A DNA stretch of 32,000 nt. Origin: Candidatus Arthromitus sp. SFB-mouse-Japan. GTDB taxonomy: Bacteria; Bacillota; Clostridia; Clostridiales; Clostridiaceae. The position numbers and the translations under genes were made by a program. The notes below the pieces were generated by a model. It made no database searches. It was not told the DNA's origin and saw nothing but the letters and a program-made list of their open reading frames with translations. Shown here piece after piece: positions 19,780 to 27,529 of this stretch; positions within the stretch are counted from its first letter, which is position 1, and the number at the start of each line of letters is the position of its first letter. The stretch is from contig NC_015913.1 of assembly GCF_000270205.1 (NCBI RefSeq), positions 1 to 32,000 on the forward strand, written 5' to 3'.

Positions 19780-20941
19780 AAAATTTTATCAAATGTATTA
19801 ATGTATTATATTCATTTAAAGATGGTTTAAGATGGAGAAGTGTTATTAGATATTTATTATATTTAATAACATCTTTTTTGTTTTTTACGAAGTTTTGTGT
19901 GTTTAGATTTATATGTTTGAATTTTAATGGAGAATATCCCCACTTTATTTTATAAAAAATTTTTAATATCATTTTGTCTATATAATGAGATATTATTAAA
20001 ATTATTTTAAGGGAGAATTTATAATTTTCCTTTAAAATAATTTTTTTTATAAATAGTTTATTATTTTGGAAGTTTTTTATGGCGTCGTATACCTTTTTTA
20101 TTTCTATCATCTTTTTTTTGTTTATGTTATAATCACTTTCTAATATTTGAAAAATGAGATTATCACTTATTTTTGAGTGAAAATAAAACAAACAAAATAT
20201 CCTTAGGTGGAAATCAGTTACTGAATTTATTAAGGAATTTATATTAAATAATTTTACCTCTTTATTTGAAACAAGTGAAAAGAAGTTTAATAAGTTTAAT
20301 AATTGTATAGATTTTATAAAATTTACTCCTTTAAAAATTTTTTTTAATTCCTCATTTATTCTGTATTTAGATAAGTTTATTATTAAATTGAAGTTATTTT
20401 TGAGTGCAAGTAAAGTTAAGTATTCTATGTTAAAATCAAGTTCTGATTTGAATCTAATGCATCTTAAAATTCTTAGGGGATCTTCTTTGAATTTTATGTT
20501 TCCATCTCCAATTACTCTTAGAAGTTTATTTTTTATATCATTAGTTCCAAGCATCGGATCTATTAGCTTATTACCATCATAATAAATTGAATTGATTGTG
20601 AAATCGCGTCTTAATGAATCTTCATATGGTGAGTTTATAAATTTTATATAGTTTGCATGTCTAAAATCTATATACTCTTTTTCAATTCTGAGTGTTGTTA
20701 TTTCAAACCAATCTCCTTTAAAATGGATTTTTATACACCCAAACTTTTCACCTATGTTTATATGTTTTTCAAATAAAGATTTAATGTATTTTGGATGAGC
20801 ATTTGTACATAAATCAAATTCATAAATAGGAATATTTAATAAATAATTTCTTATGGCTCCTCCAACAACGTAACATTCAAAATTATTTTGATTAAATATA
20901 TTGATTAATTCTTTTACATTATCTTTTAAAAAATTTTTCAT
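19769..20941 (-). CDS. cca: CCA-adding tRNA nucleotidyltransferase (class II PolyA_pol family)
   Basis: 390-aa ORF. Head-domain motifs VVGGAIRNYLL...EFDLCT, RRDFTINSIYYD and EDPLRILRCIRF. Its 3' end overlaps the addA 3' end by 11 nt. Confidence 0.85.
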   Translation of the reverse strand: MKNFLKDNVKELINIFNQNNFECYVVGGAIRNYLLNIPIYEFDLCTNAHPKYIKSLFEKHINIGEKFGCIKIHFKGDWFEITTLRIEKEYIDFRHANYIKFINSPYEDSLRRDFTINSIYYDGNKLIDPMLGTNDIKNKLLRVIGDGNIKFKEDPLRILRCIRFKSELDFNIEYLTLLALKNNFNLIINLSKYRINEELKKIFKGVNFIKSIQLLNLLNFFSLVSNKEVKLFNINSLINSVTDFHLRIFCLFYFHSKISDNLIFQILESDYNINKKKMIEIKKVYDAIKNFQNNKLFIKKIILKENYKFSLKIILIISHYIDKMILKIFYKIKWGYSPLKFKHINLNTQNFVKNKKDVIKYNKYLITLLHLKPSLNEYNTLIHLIKFFKP

Positions 20942-21023
20942 AATGAACTATTAATTCTTAAAACCTTCCATTTTTATATAAAATACTTTAATATAATAAT
21001 ATTATAAAAAATCGAGGTGTTAA

Positions 21024-21992
21024 ATGAAAGGGCATATAAATATAAAGGATTTTAAAGTAGGAGAAAGAATTCAAGGAGTATATCTTATTAGAACTATACA
21101 TGTAAAACTTACAAACTCTAGTAATAAAAAATATTTAGATATTAATTTTTCTGATAAAACTGGTAATATAAATGCTAAGCTTTGGGATTTAAAAGATGAT
21201 TATAATGATGAATTTAAAGAAAATACTTTAGTTAAAGTAAAAGGATGCATTTTGAGTTGGCAAGGTAGTATGCAACTTAAGATTGAAAATTTATCAAATG
21301 ATTTTGATAAAGAATATATAAATATTGATGATTATGTTCAATGTGCTCCTATGGATTCTAATTATATGTTTGATGAGCTTTATAATTTAATATCTGGATT
21401 TAAACAAAAGGAGATAAGAAGTGTTTTATTAGCTATACTCGATATAAAAAAGGATAAACTTTTATATTATCCAGCAGCTAAAAGTAACCATCATTCAATA
21501 AAAGGAGGATTATTATATCATATTTTAAGTATGATAAAGCTTGGTGAGAGCATATGTGGACTTTATCCTTTTGTTAATAGAGAATTACTATTTGCGGGAA
21601 TAGTGCTTCATGATATTGAGAAAACTGAAGAAATGGATTCAAATGAATTAGGTATAGTAAGTACATATACAGTGGAAGGTCAAATGCTTTCACATTTAAT
21701 ACAAGGTATAACTCTTGTTGATAGGGTTTGCAATAGTTTAAACATATCTAGTGAAGTTAGGATGTTACTTCAGCATATGATATTGTCTCATCATTATGAG
21801 GCTGAATATGGAAGTCCAATAAAGCCAATGATAATTGAAGGGGAACTTCTTCATCATATAGATGTTATAGATGCAAGAATGTATGATATGAAAAAGATTA
21901 TAGATAATATAAATGAGGGAGATTTGTCAGATAGAGTATTCTCTTTAAATAGCAGGAGAATATATAAACCTAAGAAATTATTAGAGGAGTAG
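21024..21992 (+). CDS. yhaM: 3'-5' exoribonuclease YhaM-like (OB-fold plus HD domain)
   Basis: 322-aa ORF. N-terminal OB-fold region (KVGERIQGVYLI...KYLDINFSDKTGNINAKLW). HD-domain residues HHSIKGGLLYH, VLHDIEK and ILSHHYE. Confidence 0.82.
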   Translation: MKGHINIKDFKVGERIQGVYLIRTIHVKLTNSSNKKYLDINFSDKTGNINAKLWDLKDDYNDEFKENTLVKVKGCILSWQGSMQLKIENLSNDFDKEYINIDDYVQCAPMDSNYMFDELYNLISGFKQKEIRSVLLAILDIKKDKLLYYPAAKSNHHSIKGGLLYHILSMIKLGESICGLYPFVNRELLFAGIVLHDIEKTEEMDSNELGIVSTYTVEGQMLSHLIQGITLVDRVCNSLNISSEVRMLLQHMILSHHYEAEYGSPIKPMIIEGELLHHIDVIDARMYDMKKIIDNINEGDLSDRVFSLNSRRIYKPKKLLEE

Positions 21993-21995
21993 GTT

Positions 21996-22835
21996 ATGAA
22001 AAAAGAAGATAGTTTTTTAAGTACTCTACGTATTGCCATGTTTGATTTTAAGAAATATACAGTTTTTTTGGGTATGAAACCTTCTAAGGTAATTTTAAAT
22101 AGATTTATATTTGTTTTACTTATAAGTGTGTTTTATTTCATGTCTTTTCATAAGAATATAAAGCAGGTTGAGGAATTTAATAATAATAAGCAGGAGATAT
22201 TTGAAGATATTAGCTATTCAAACGGAGTTTTAAATATAAAGAATTCACCTGTAATTTTTAAATCAAATGTATTTAGGGAAAATAATTTTCTTTTAATTGG
22301 AGATACAAGAGATGAATTTAATATAAATGACTTTAGTGATTATAGTTATCATAGAGATGCTATAGTACTTACGAAGGATTATGTTATAATCAAAAATGGG
22401 CTTAGAGAAATTACGTTAAAATATTCAGACCTCGTATCTTTTGGAGTGATACCAAAAGATATCGTTGTAAATAAGGAAATGTTTTTTAGTTCATTTGATA
22501 TTGTTGTTAGGGTTTTAAAATACGTATCGTATATAATTTTTCCTTTAAGCAGGGTTTTTGATTATTTCTTATACGGGTTTATTATTTCATTATTTGCTTT
22601 TATATGTGGGTATATAATAAGATTCAGAGCAAGTTTTGGTAGTATTTATAAAATGATTTTATTTGCACAAACAATACCTTATTTAATTATTTCTGTTTTT
22701 GATATAATTACTGAGCTTAATGGAATTAAAGTTATGTTTCCACTACATATTTTGGAGCTATTAACCTTGTTTATATTTTTAAGGAGTGTATATTTAATAA
22801 AGAAAGATGCATTGATGAAGTATCTTAAAAAATGA
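21996..22835 (+). CDS. Polytopic membrane protein, possibly DUF1189 family
   Basis: 279-aa ORF with an AGGAG RBS, starting 3 nt after yhaM. It has one N-terminal TM helix, a loop of about 120 aa, then about 4 TM helices. The N-terminal pattern resembles DUF1189 as I remember it. The family call is tentative. Confidence 0.6.
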   Translation: MKKEDSFLSTLRIAMFDFKKYTVFLGMKPSKVILNRFIFVLLISVFYFMSFHKNIKQVEEFNNNKQEIFEDISYSNGVLNIKNSPVIFKSNVFRENNFLLIGDTRDEFNINDFSDYSYHRDAIVLTKDYVIIKNGLREITLKYSDLVSFGVIPKDIVVNKEMFFSSFDIVVRVLKYVSYIIFPLSRVFDYFLYGFIISLFAFICGYIIRFRASFGSIYKMILFAQTIPYLIISVFDIITELNGIKVMFPLHILELLTLFIFLRSVYLIKKDALMKYLKK

Positions 22836-22850
22836 GGTTAAATAATTTAA

Positions 22851-22879
22851 TTGAAAAATATAATATGTTTTGATATAAT
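22851..22879 (+). promoter_or_regulatory. Sigma-A type promoter (extended -10) for tRNA-Arg
   Basis: TTGAAA (22851-22856), 17-nt spacer ending in TGa, TATAAT (22874-22879). It lies 11 nt upstream of the tRNA. Confidence 0.6.
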
Positions 22880-22890
22880 TAGGTTATTAT

Positions 22891-22967
22891 GCACAGGTAG
22901 CTCAGTTGGATAGAGTAGCTGGCTACGAACCAGTTGGTCGGGGGTTCGAATCCTCTCCTGTGTGCCA
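22891..22967 (+). tRNA. tRNA-Arg (anticodon ACG)
   Basis: 77-nt cloverleaf. Acceptor GCACAGG/CCTGTGT (G1:U72 wobble), anticodon stem GCTGG/CCAGT with loop CTACGAA, T-loop TTCGAAT, encoded CCA. Confidence 0.94.
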
Positions 22968-22973
22968 GATGAT

Positions 22974-23015
22974 ACCATCTACTAATGAAGGATTTTCATA
23001 GGTAGATGGTTTTTT
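22974..23015 (+). terminator. Intrinsic terminator after tRNA-Arg
   Basis: ACCATCTAC (22974-22982) / GTAGATGGT (23002-23010) with an inner ATGAA/TTCAT extension, followed by TTTTT. Confidence 0.65.
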
Positions 23016-23027
23016 AATTGATATTGG

Positions 23028-23058
23028 GTGAAAGGTTAGAATCCTTTCACTCTTTTTT
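23028..23058 (+). terminator. Second hairpin plus T-run; T-arm-like (see findings)
   Basis: GTGAAAGG (23028-23035) / CCTTTCAC (23043-23050) with the 7-nt loop TTAGAAT, followed by TCTTTTTT. Confidence 0.5.
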
Positions 23059-23090
23059 ATTTTATAGTAAAGATGAGATTTTAAATAGTA

Positions 23091-23147
23091 TTGACATTTC
23101 AACTATTATGTAATACTATTTAGTAATAATAAGTATTACATAATAGT
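23091..23147 (+). promoter_or_regulatory. Putative padR promoter overlapped by a 16-bp perfect inverted repeat (candidate PadR operator)
   Basis: TTGACA (23091-23096), 17 nt, TACTAT (23114-23119). Arms ACTATTATGTAATACT (23102-23117) and AGTATTACATAATAGT (23132-23147) are exact reverse complements separated by 14 nt. Confidence 0.5.
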
Positions 23148-23174
23148 ATTTATATAGGAACAGGCGGTGTTTTT

Positions 23175-23507
23175 ATGGAAGATATAACCGAAATGCTAAA
23201 AGGTATTTTAGAAGGTTGTATTCTTGAGATTATTAATCGGAAGAACACTTATGGATACGAAATTACTCGTAAGCTTAATGAATTTGGATTCAAAGACGTT
23301 GTTGAAGGGACTGTTTACACTATTTTGATTAGATTTGAGAAAAATAAATTAGTGGATATTCAAAAAAAACGGTCTGAACTCGGACCACCACGAAAAATTT
23401 ATTCGCTTAATGATAAAGGGCGTAAGGAGTTACGAGTGTTTTGGAAAAAATGGGAGTTTTTGTCATCAAAAATAAATGAATTGGGGGAAAATAAAAATTA
23501 CGAATAA
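23175..23507 (+). CDS. PadR family transcriptional regulator
   Basis: 110-aa ORF with the typical PadR winged-helix sequence LKGILEGCILEII..KNTYGYEITRKL...VVEGTVYTILIRFEKNKLV...PPRKIYSLNDKGRKEL. Confidence 0.9.
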   Translation: MEDITEMLKGILEGCILEIINRKNTYGYEITRKLNEFGFKDVVEGTVYTILIRFEKNKLVDIQKKRSELGPPRKIYSLNDKGRKELRVFWKKWEFLSSKINELGENKNYE

Positions 23508-23874
23508 AATTTTTAACGATTATTTTAATATAAGCAAAATAAGAGAGAGTCGTCGCGTGTATAAACAACAGATGCAACGTGTTAAGGATTTACCTGAGAA
23601 TTATCAGTATGTATTTAAGAAAATTCAAAACCATATGTGGCAGTTTGTAGCAGCTCCTGATTATGATATGATGGAGGTTCATTATGGATTGATCGATTTG
23701 TTTGAGGAAGGAGCGTCTAATGGTAAATCTATTTTGGAAGTAACTGGTGAAGATGTTGCCGCATTTGTAGATGAACTTTTGAAAAATACTAGAACATATA
23801 CAGATGATTGGAGGACTAAATTAAATAATGAGATAAAAAATAAAATTGGAATCGATAAAAACACAAAAAAGTAG
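23476..23874 (+). CDS. DUF1048-like protein (common PadR partner)
   Basis: 132-aa ORF overlapping the padR 3' end by 32 nt. The pattern YKQQMQRVKDLPENYQYVFKKIQNHMW resembles DUF1048 proteins usually found after PadR genes. The start codon is uncertain because no clear RBS precedes the ATG at 23476. Confidence 0.6.
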   Translation: MNWGKIKITNKIFNDYFNISKIRESRRVYKQQMQRVKDLPENYQYVFKKIQNHMWQFVAAPDYDMMEVHYGLIDLFEEGASNGKSILEVTGEDVAAFVDELLKNTRTYTDDWRTKLNNEIKNKIGIDKNTKK

Positions 23875-23935
23875 AAGTATAATTAAAGTCGATAATTTAG
23901 AGCTTAAAAATTTTCTTTTTTTTATACATTGATAA

Positions 23936-23984
23936 AAGAATCCCTTAAAATTGTTTGAGTTTTAGGGGATTCTTATTTTATTTC
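23936..23984 (+). terminator. Intrinsic terminator after the padR-DUF1048 pair
   Basis: 15-bp stem AAGAATCCCTTAAAA / TTTTAGGGGATTCTT (one G:U pair) with a 9-nt loop, followed by ATTTTATTT. Confidence 0.75.
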
Positions 23985-24090
23985 TAAATGAGGAGAATAA
24001 AGATGGCAAATCTTTAAAAGACATTGAAGATGTAGTATTATAAGTATGTTTCAATAATTATTATAGAAAAAGTTTTTAGGAGGTAAAATT

Positions 24091-24516
24091 ATGGTTAAAC
24101 CTTTTATTACATTTAAGGGAGATGCAAATGAGGCTATTAACTTTTATGAAAAAGTATTTAATGGAACAGATAAGAAGGTAATGCATTACGGAGATATGCC
24201 AAGTAATTCTGAATTTCCAGTAGATGAAAGTAAGAAAAATTGGGTACTTCATGGAACACTTAATATTTGTGGATCAGAGGTTATGTTTTCTGATACAGAT
24301 GAGAGTTTACATGATAAAAATACTTTTGTACCATCTTGCATGATCTCTATTGCTGTTGATTTTAATAGTGAAGAAGAAATACGTATAGCTTATGAAAAGC
24401 TTAAAGAAGAGGGACATGTTATGATGGAACTTTCCCCTCAGTTTTTTGCAGGGCTTTATGCTTGGGTTTCTGATAAATTTGGGGTGACTTGGCAAATGAC
24501 ATATCATACTCATTAA
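24091..24516 (+). CDS. VOC/glyoxalase-superfamily protein, PhnB-like (3-demethylubiquinone-9 3-methyltransferase-type domain)
   Basis: 141-aa ORF with an AGGAGG RBS. N-terminal PFITFKGDANEAINFYEKVF, then VLHGTLNICGSEVMFSD and C-terminal DKFGVTWQ, matching the PhnB-like pattern. Confidence 0.78.
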   Translation: MVKPFITFKGDANEAINFYEKVFNGTDKKVMHYGDMPSNSEFPVDESKKNWVLHGTLNICGSEVMFSDTDESLHDKNTFVPSCMISIAVDFNSEEEIRIAYEKLKEEGHVMMELSPQFFAGLYAWVSDKFGVTWQMTYHTH

Positions 24517-24534
24517 TGATATTTGGAGGAAGAT

Positions 24535-26040
24535 ATGAGTGTAAAGAAAAATAATACGGCATCGATTAGTTTTGAGCAGCAGATTTGGTCTGCTGCTGAT
24601 ATTTTAAGAGGTAATATGGATGCAGCAGAATACAAGCACGTTGTTCTCGGGCTTATATTCCTTAAGTACATATCTGATAGTTTTGAGAGAAGATATCAGG
24701 AATTATTAAGAGATGATGATGATGTTGAAGATAAGGATGCTTATACTGAAGTTAATGTATTCTTTGTTCCTCCTGAGGCAAGGTGGAGCGTAATACAAGC
24801 CTCTGCTCACAAAGAGGAAATAGGTATTGTAATAGATAATGCCATGAGAGCAATTGAGAAAGAGAATAGGAGATTAAAGGATATTCTTCCCAAAAATTAT
24901 TCAAGAGAGGAACTTGATAAACGCCGTCTTGGGAATGTTGTTGACTTATTTACAAATATTCATATGATAGATCATGGACGGGACAAGGATATATTAGGGA
25001 GAACATATGAGTATTGCCTTTCTAAATTTGCAGAGCAAGAAGGAAAGAGAGCTGGAGAATTTTATACCCCTTCTTGTATTGTTAGAACGCTCGTTGAAAT
25101 ATTAGAGCCATTTAATGGTAGAGTATATGATCCATGTTGTGGTTCTGGGGGAATGTTTGTGCAGTCTGCAAAGTTTGTTGAGCATCATTCAGGGAATATA
25201 AATAATTTATCAATATTTGGTCAGGATTCAAATCCAACGACTCGTAAAATGGCAATTATGAATCTTGCAATTAGGGGTATAGAAGGGGACATTGGACCTC
25301 ATAGTGCGGATACATTTTATAATGATTTACATAAAACGCTTAAGGCAGATTTTATATTATCAAATCCACCATTTAATCTTTCAAATTGGAATGATGGAAG
25401 TTTGAATGATGATGTTAGATGGTCTTATGGTTTGCCACCGTCTGGGAATGCAAACTTTTCTTGGCTTCAGCATATGATTCACCATCTTTCACCAAGAGGT
25501 AAGATCGGAATGGTTTTAGCAAACGGTTCTCTCTCATCTAAAAGTGGAGGCGAGGGGGATATTCGAAAAGGCATAATTGAAGATGATCTTGTTGAAGGGA
25601 TTGTTGCTATGCCGAGTCAATTATTTTATACAACTCAGATTCCTGTGTCATTATGGATTATAAATAGGGATAAAAGTCAAAAGGGTAAAACTTTATTTAT
25701 AGATGCAAGAGATATGGGAAAGATGGTAAATAGGAAATTAAGAGAGATGACAGAAGAAGATATTAAAAAGATTTCTGATACATTTCGTGCGTTTGAGGAA
25801 GGGACGCTTGAAGATGTGAAAGGTTTCTGTGCAGTTGCAACAACTGAGAAGATATCAAAAGAGGATTATATTTTAACTCCTGGAAGATATGTTGGAATAA
25901 AAGATAGAGAAGATGATTCTGAAGGATTTGATGATAAGATGAAGAGACTCACTGGGGAACTTCGAGAGATGTTTAATAAATCTCATGAACTTGAAGAAGA
26001 GATTCGAAAAAGACTTGGGAGTATAGGATATGAAATATAA
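24535..26040 (+). CDS. hsdM: Type I restriction-modification system methyltransferase subunit HsdM
   Basis: The frame opens at TTG 24523. The ATG at 24535 follows the RBS GGAGGA. HsdM N-domain IWSAADILRGNMDAAEYKHVVLGLIFLKYISD, AdoMet motif I VYDPCCGSGGMF, and catalytic motif IV LSNPPFN (N6-adenine class). Confidence 0.95.
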   Translation: MSVKKNNTASISFEQQIWSAADILRGNMDAAEYKHVVLGLIFLKYISDSFERRYQELLRDDDDVEDKDAYTEVNVFFVPPEARWSVIQASAHKEEIGIVIDNAMRAIEKENRRLKDILPKNYSREELDKRRLGNVVDLFTNIHMIDHGRDKDILGRTYEYCLSKFAEQEGKRAGEFYTPSCIVRTLVEILEPFNGRVYDPCCGSGGMFVQSAKFVEHHSGNINNLSIFGQDSNPTTRKMAIMNLAIRGIEGDIGPHSADTFYNDLHKTLKADFILSNPPFNLSNWNDGSLNDDVRWSYGLPPSGNANFSWLQHMIHHLSPRGKIGMVLANGSLSSKSGGEGDIRKGIIEDDLVEGIVAMPSQLFYTTQIPVSLWIINRDKSQKGKTLFIDARDMGKMVNRKLREMTEEDIKKISDTFRAFEEGTLEDVKGFCAVATTEKISKEDYILTPGRYVGIKDREDDSEGFDDKMKRLTGELREMFNKSHELEEEIRKRLGSIGYEI

Positions 26041-26097
26041 TATTCCTGAAAGAGTTATAAAGGATATTTTTTCTTGAGATTAATGAAGGAGTATATA

Positions 26098-26334
26098 ATG
26101 AAAAAGATAGATAATTTTTCTGCAAGCCTTAACGCACTTAAAACTGCTAATTTTGAAGAGACGAGGGATGATATTATTTATAGAACTGGGATTGTAGGAC
26201 AATTTAATTTAACAGAGGATATTGATACACTTGTTATTCTTATACGCGATAATTTTATTTATGCTTTTGATGATCTTCTAGAAATTTTAATTTTAAAAGA
26301 GAGGGAGGCAGGAAGCGATAATTGGGATGATTAG
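26098..26334 (+). CDS. Small ORF resembling an internally deleted HI0074-family HEPN (nucleotidyltransferase substrate-binding, HepT-like) protein; possibly a relic
   Basis: 78 aa from the ATG at 26098 (RBS GAAGGAG); the ORF-track frame starts at TTG 26074. The N-terminus KKIDNFSASLNALKTA...DDIIYRTGIVGQFNLT and the later DTLVILIRDNFIYAFDD resemble the two ends of proteins of about 130 aa in that family. The middle is missing and the Rx4H position reads RDNFIY. Confidence 0.4.
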   Translation: MKKIDNFSASLNALKTANFEETRDDIIYRTGIVGQFNLTEDIDTLVILIRDNFIYAFDDLLEILILKEREAGSDNWDD

Positions 26335-26352
26335 AAAAGGGGTTAATTCATT

Positions 26353-27483
26353 ATGATAGATGGGTGGAGAATTACATCTATATCTAATATTTGTAAAATT
26401 AATCAGAGTACATATTCTATTCTAGATAAATGGGAATTTGTTAATTATCTAGATACAAGCAGTATAGTAGAAAATAATATTGATAGTATTCAACATTTTA
26501 TAATTGGTAAAGATAAATTACCGAGTAGAGCACGGAGAAAAGTTAATGTTGATGATATTTTATATTCAACAGTACGTCCGAATCAAAGGCATTATGGTAT
26601 CATGAAAGATGTATTAACTAATATGCTTGTGTCTACTGGATTTGCGGTAATTACTACAGACAAGTTAGTTGCTGATAGTAATTTTATTTATTATTATTTA
26701 ACTCAAAATGATATAGTAAATTTATTACATAGTATTGCAGAACAAAGTGTATCTACGTATCCATCGATAAAACCATCAGATATAGGTAAGTTAAAAATTA
26801 TTTTACCACCGTTAGAAGAGCAACAAAAAATTGGACAACTACTTAAGATTTTAGATGACAAAATCGAACTCAACAAGAAAATAAATAAAACTTTGGAGGA
26901 AATGGCGAAGGCGATTTTTAAATCTTGGTTTGTGGACTTTGAACCTTGGGGCGGTAAGATGCCAGATGATTGGAAAGAAGTAAAACTTGGTGATATTGCA
27001 AACATTACTACTGGTAAACGACCTAAGTTACGTATGTCTACAGTATCTATGGAAGCTTATATACCTATTATTGGGGCGAGTTCTGTGATGGGATTTACTA
27101 GTGATACTCTTTATAATGAAAAGATTTTAATAACTGGTCGGGTTGGTACTCATGGAGTTATACAGAGATTTTGTTCTCCTTGTTGGCCGTCTGATAATAC
27201 ATTAGTTATAAAAACTGAATATTATGAATTTGTATATCAACAATTATGTATTGTAAAATTTTATAATATGAATAGAGGTTCTACTCAACCATTAATAACG
27301 CAAACAGATATGAGGAATATACCAATTATATTACCAAATTACGAATTTTTAAAAATATTTGAGGTATTAATTGGACAATTAATGGATTTATATGATCATA
27401 ATATTTTTGAATCAACTAATCTCTCTTCAATTCGTGATACATTACTTCCAAAATTAATGTCTGGAGAGATCAGAGTTAAATAG
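26353..27483 (+). CDS. hsdS: Type I restriction-modification system specificity subunit HsdS
   Basis: 376-aa ORF with two variable target-recognition regions. They are separated by the conserved spacer LPPLEEQQKIGQLLKILDDKIELNKKINKTLEEMAKAIFKSWFVDFEP. The C-terminus is the matching conserved region ...IRDTLLPKLMSGEIRV. Confidence 0.93.
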   Translation: MIDGWRITSISNICKINQSTYSILDKWEFVNYLDTSSIVENNIDSIQHFIIGKDKLPSRARRKVNVDDILYSTVRPNQRHYGIMKDVLTNMLVSTGFAVITTDKLVADSNFIYYYLTQNDIVNLLHSIAEQSVSTYPSIKPSDIGKLKIILPPLEEQQKIGQLLKILDDKIELNKKINKTLEEMAKAIFKSWFVDFEPWGGKMPDDWKEVKLGDIANITTGKRPKLRMSTVSMEAYIPIIGASSVMGFTSDTLYNEKILITGRVGTHGVIQRFCSPCWPSDNTLVIKTEYYEFVYQQLCIVKFYNMNRGSTQPLITQTDMRNIPIILPNYEFLKIFEVLIGQLMDLYDHNIFESTNLSSIRDTLLPKLMSGEIRVK

Positions 27484-27529
27484 AGAAATATTTAAGTATA
27501 TAAAATTTTTGATACAAGGAGGTTAATAT

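Noticed and set aside
23966-24043. Short open frames between the DUF1048 terminator and the VOC gene. One is a 9-codon ATG ORF (23988-24017). The other is a start-less frame ending ...EENKDGKSLKDIEDVVL.
   Set aside because: They are too short, and the longer frame has no start codon and begins inside the terminator stem. It could be a gene remnant, but the sequence alone cannot show that.
26703-27005. 100-aa minus-strand ORF inside hsdS. Related cases are the ORFs at 23682-23864, 24307-24513, 28125-28343, 28615-28800 and 29827-30189 inside the DUF1048, VOC and hsdR genes.
   Set aside because: They are antisense or out of frame within well-supported genes, have low-complexity composition, and show no RBS or recognisable motif.
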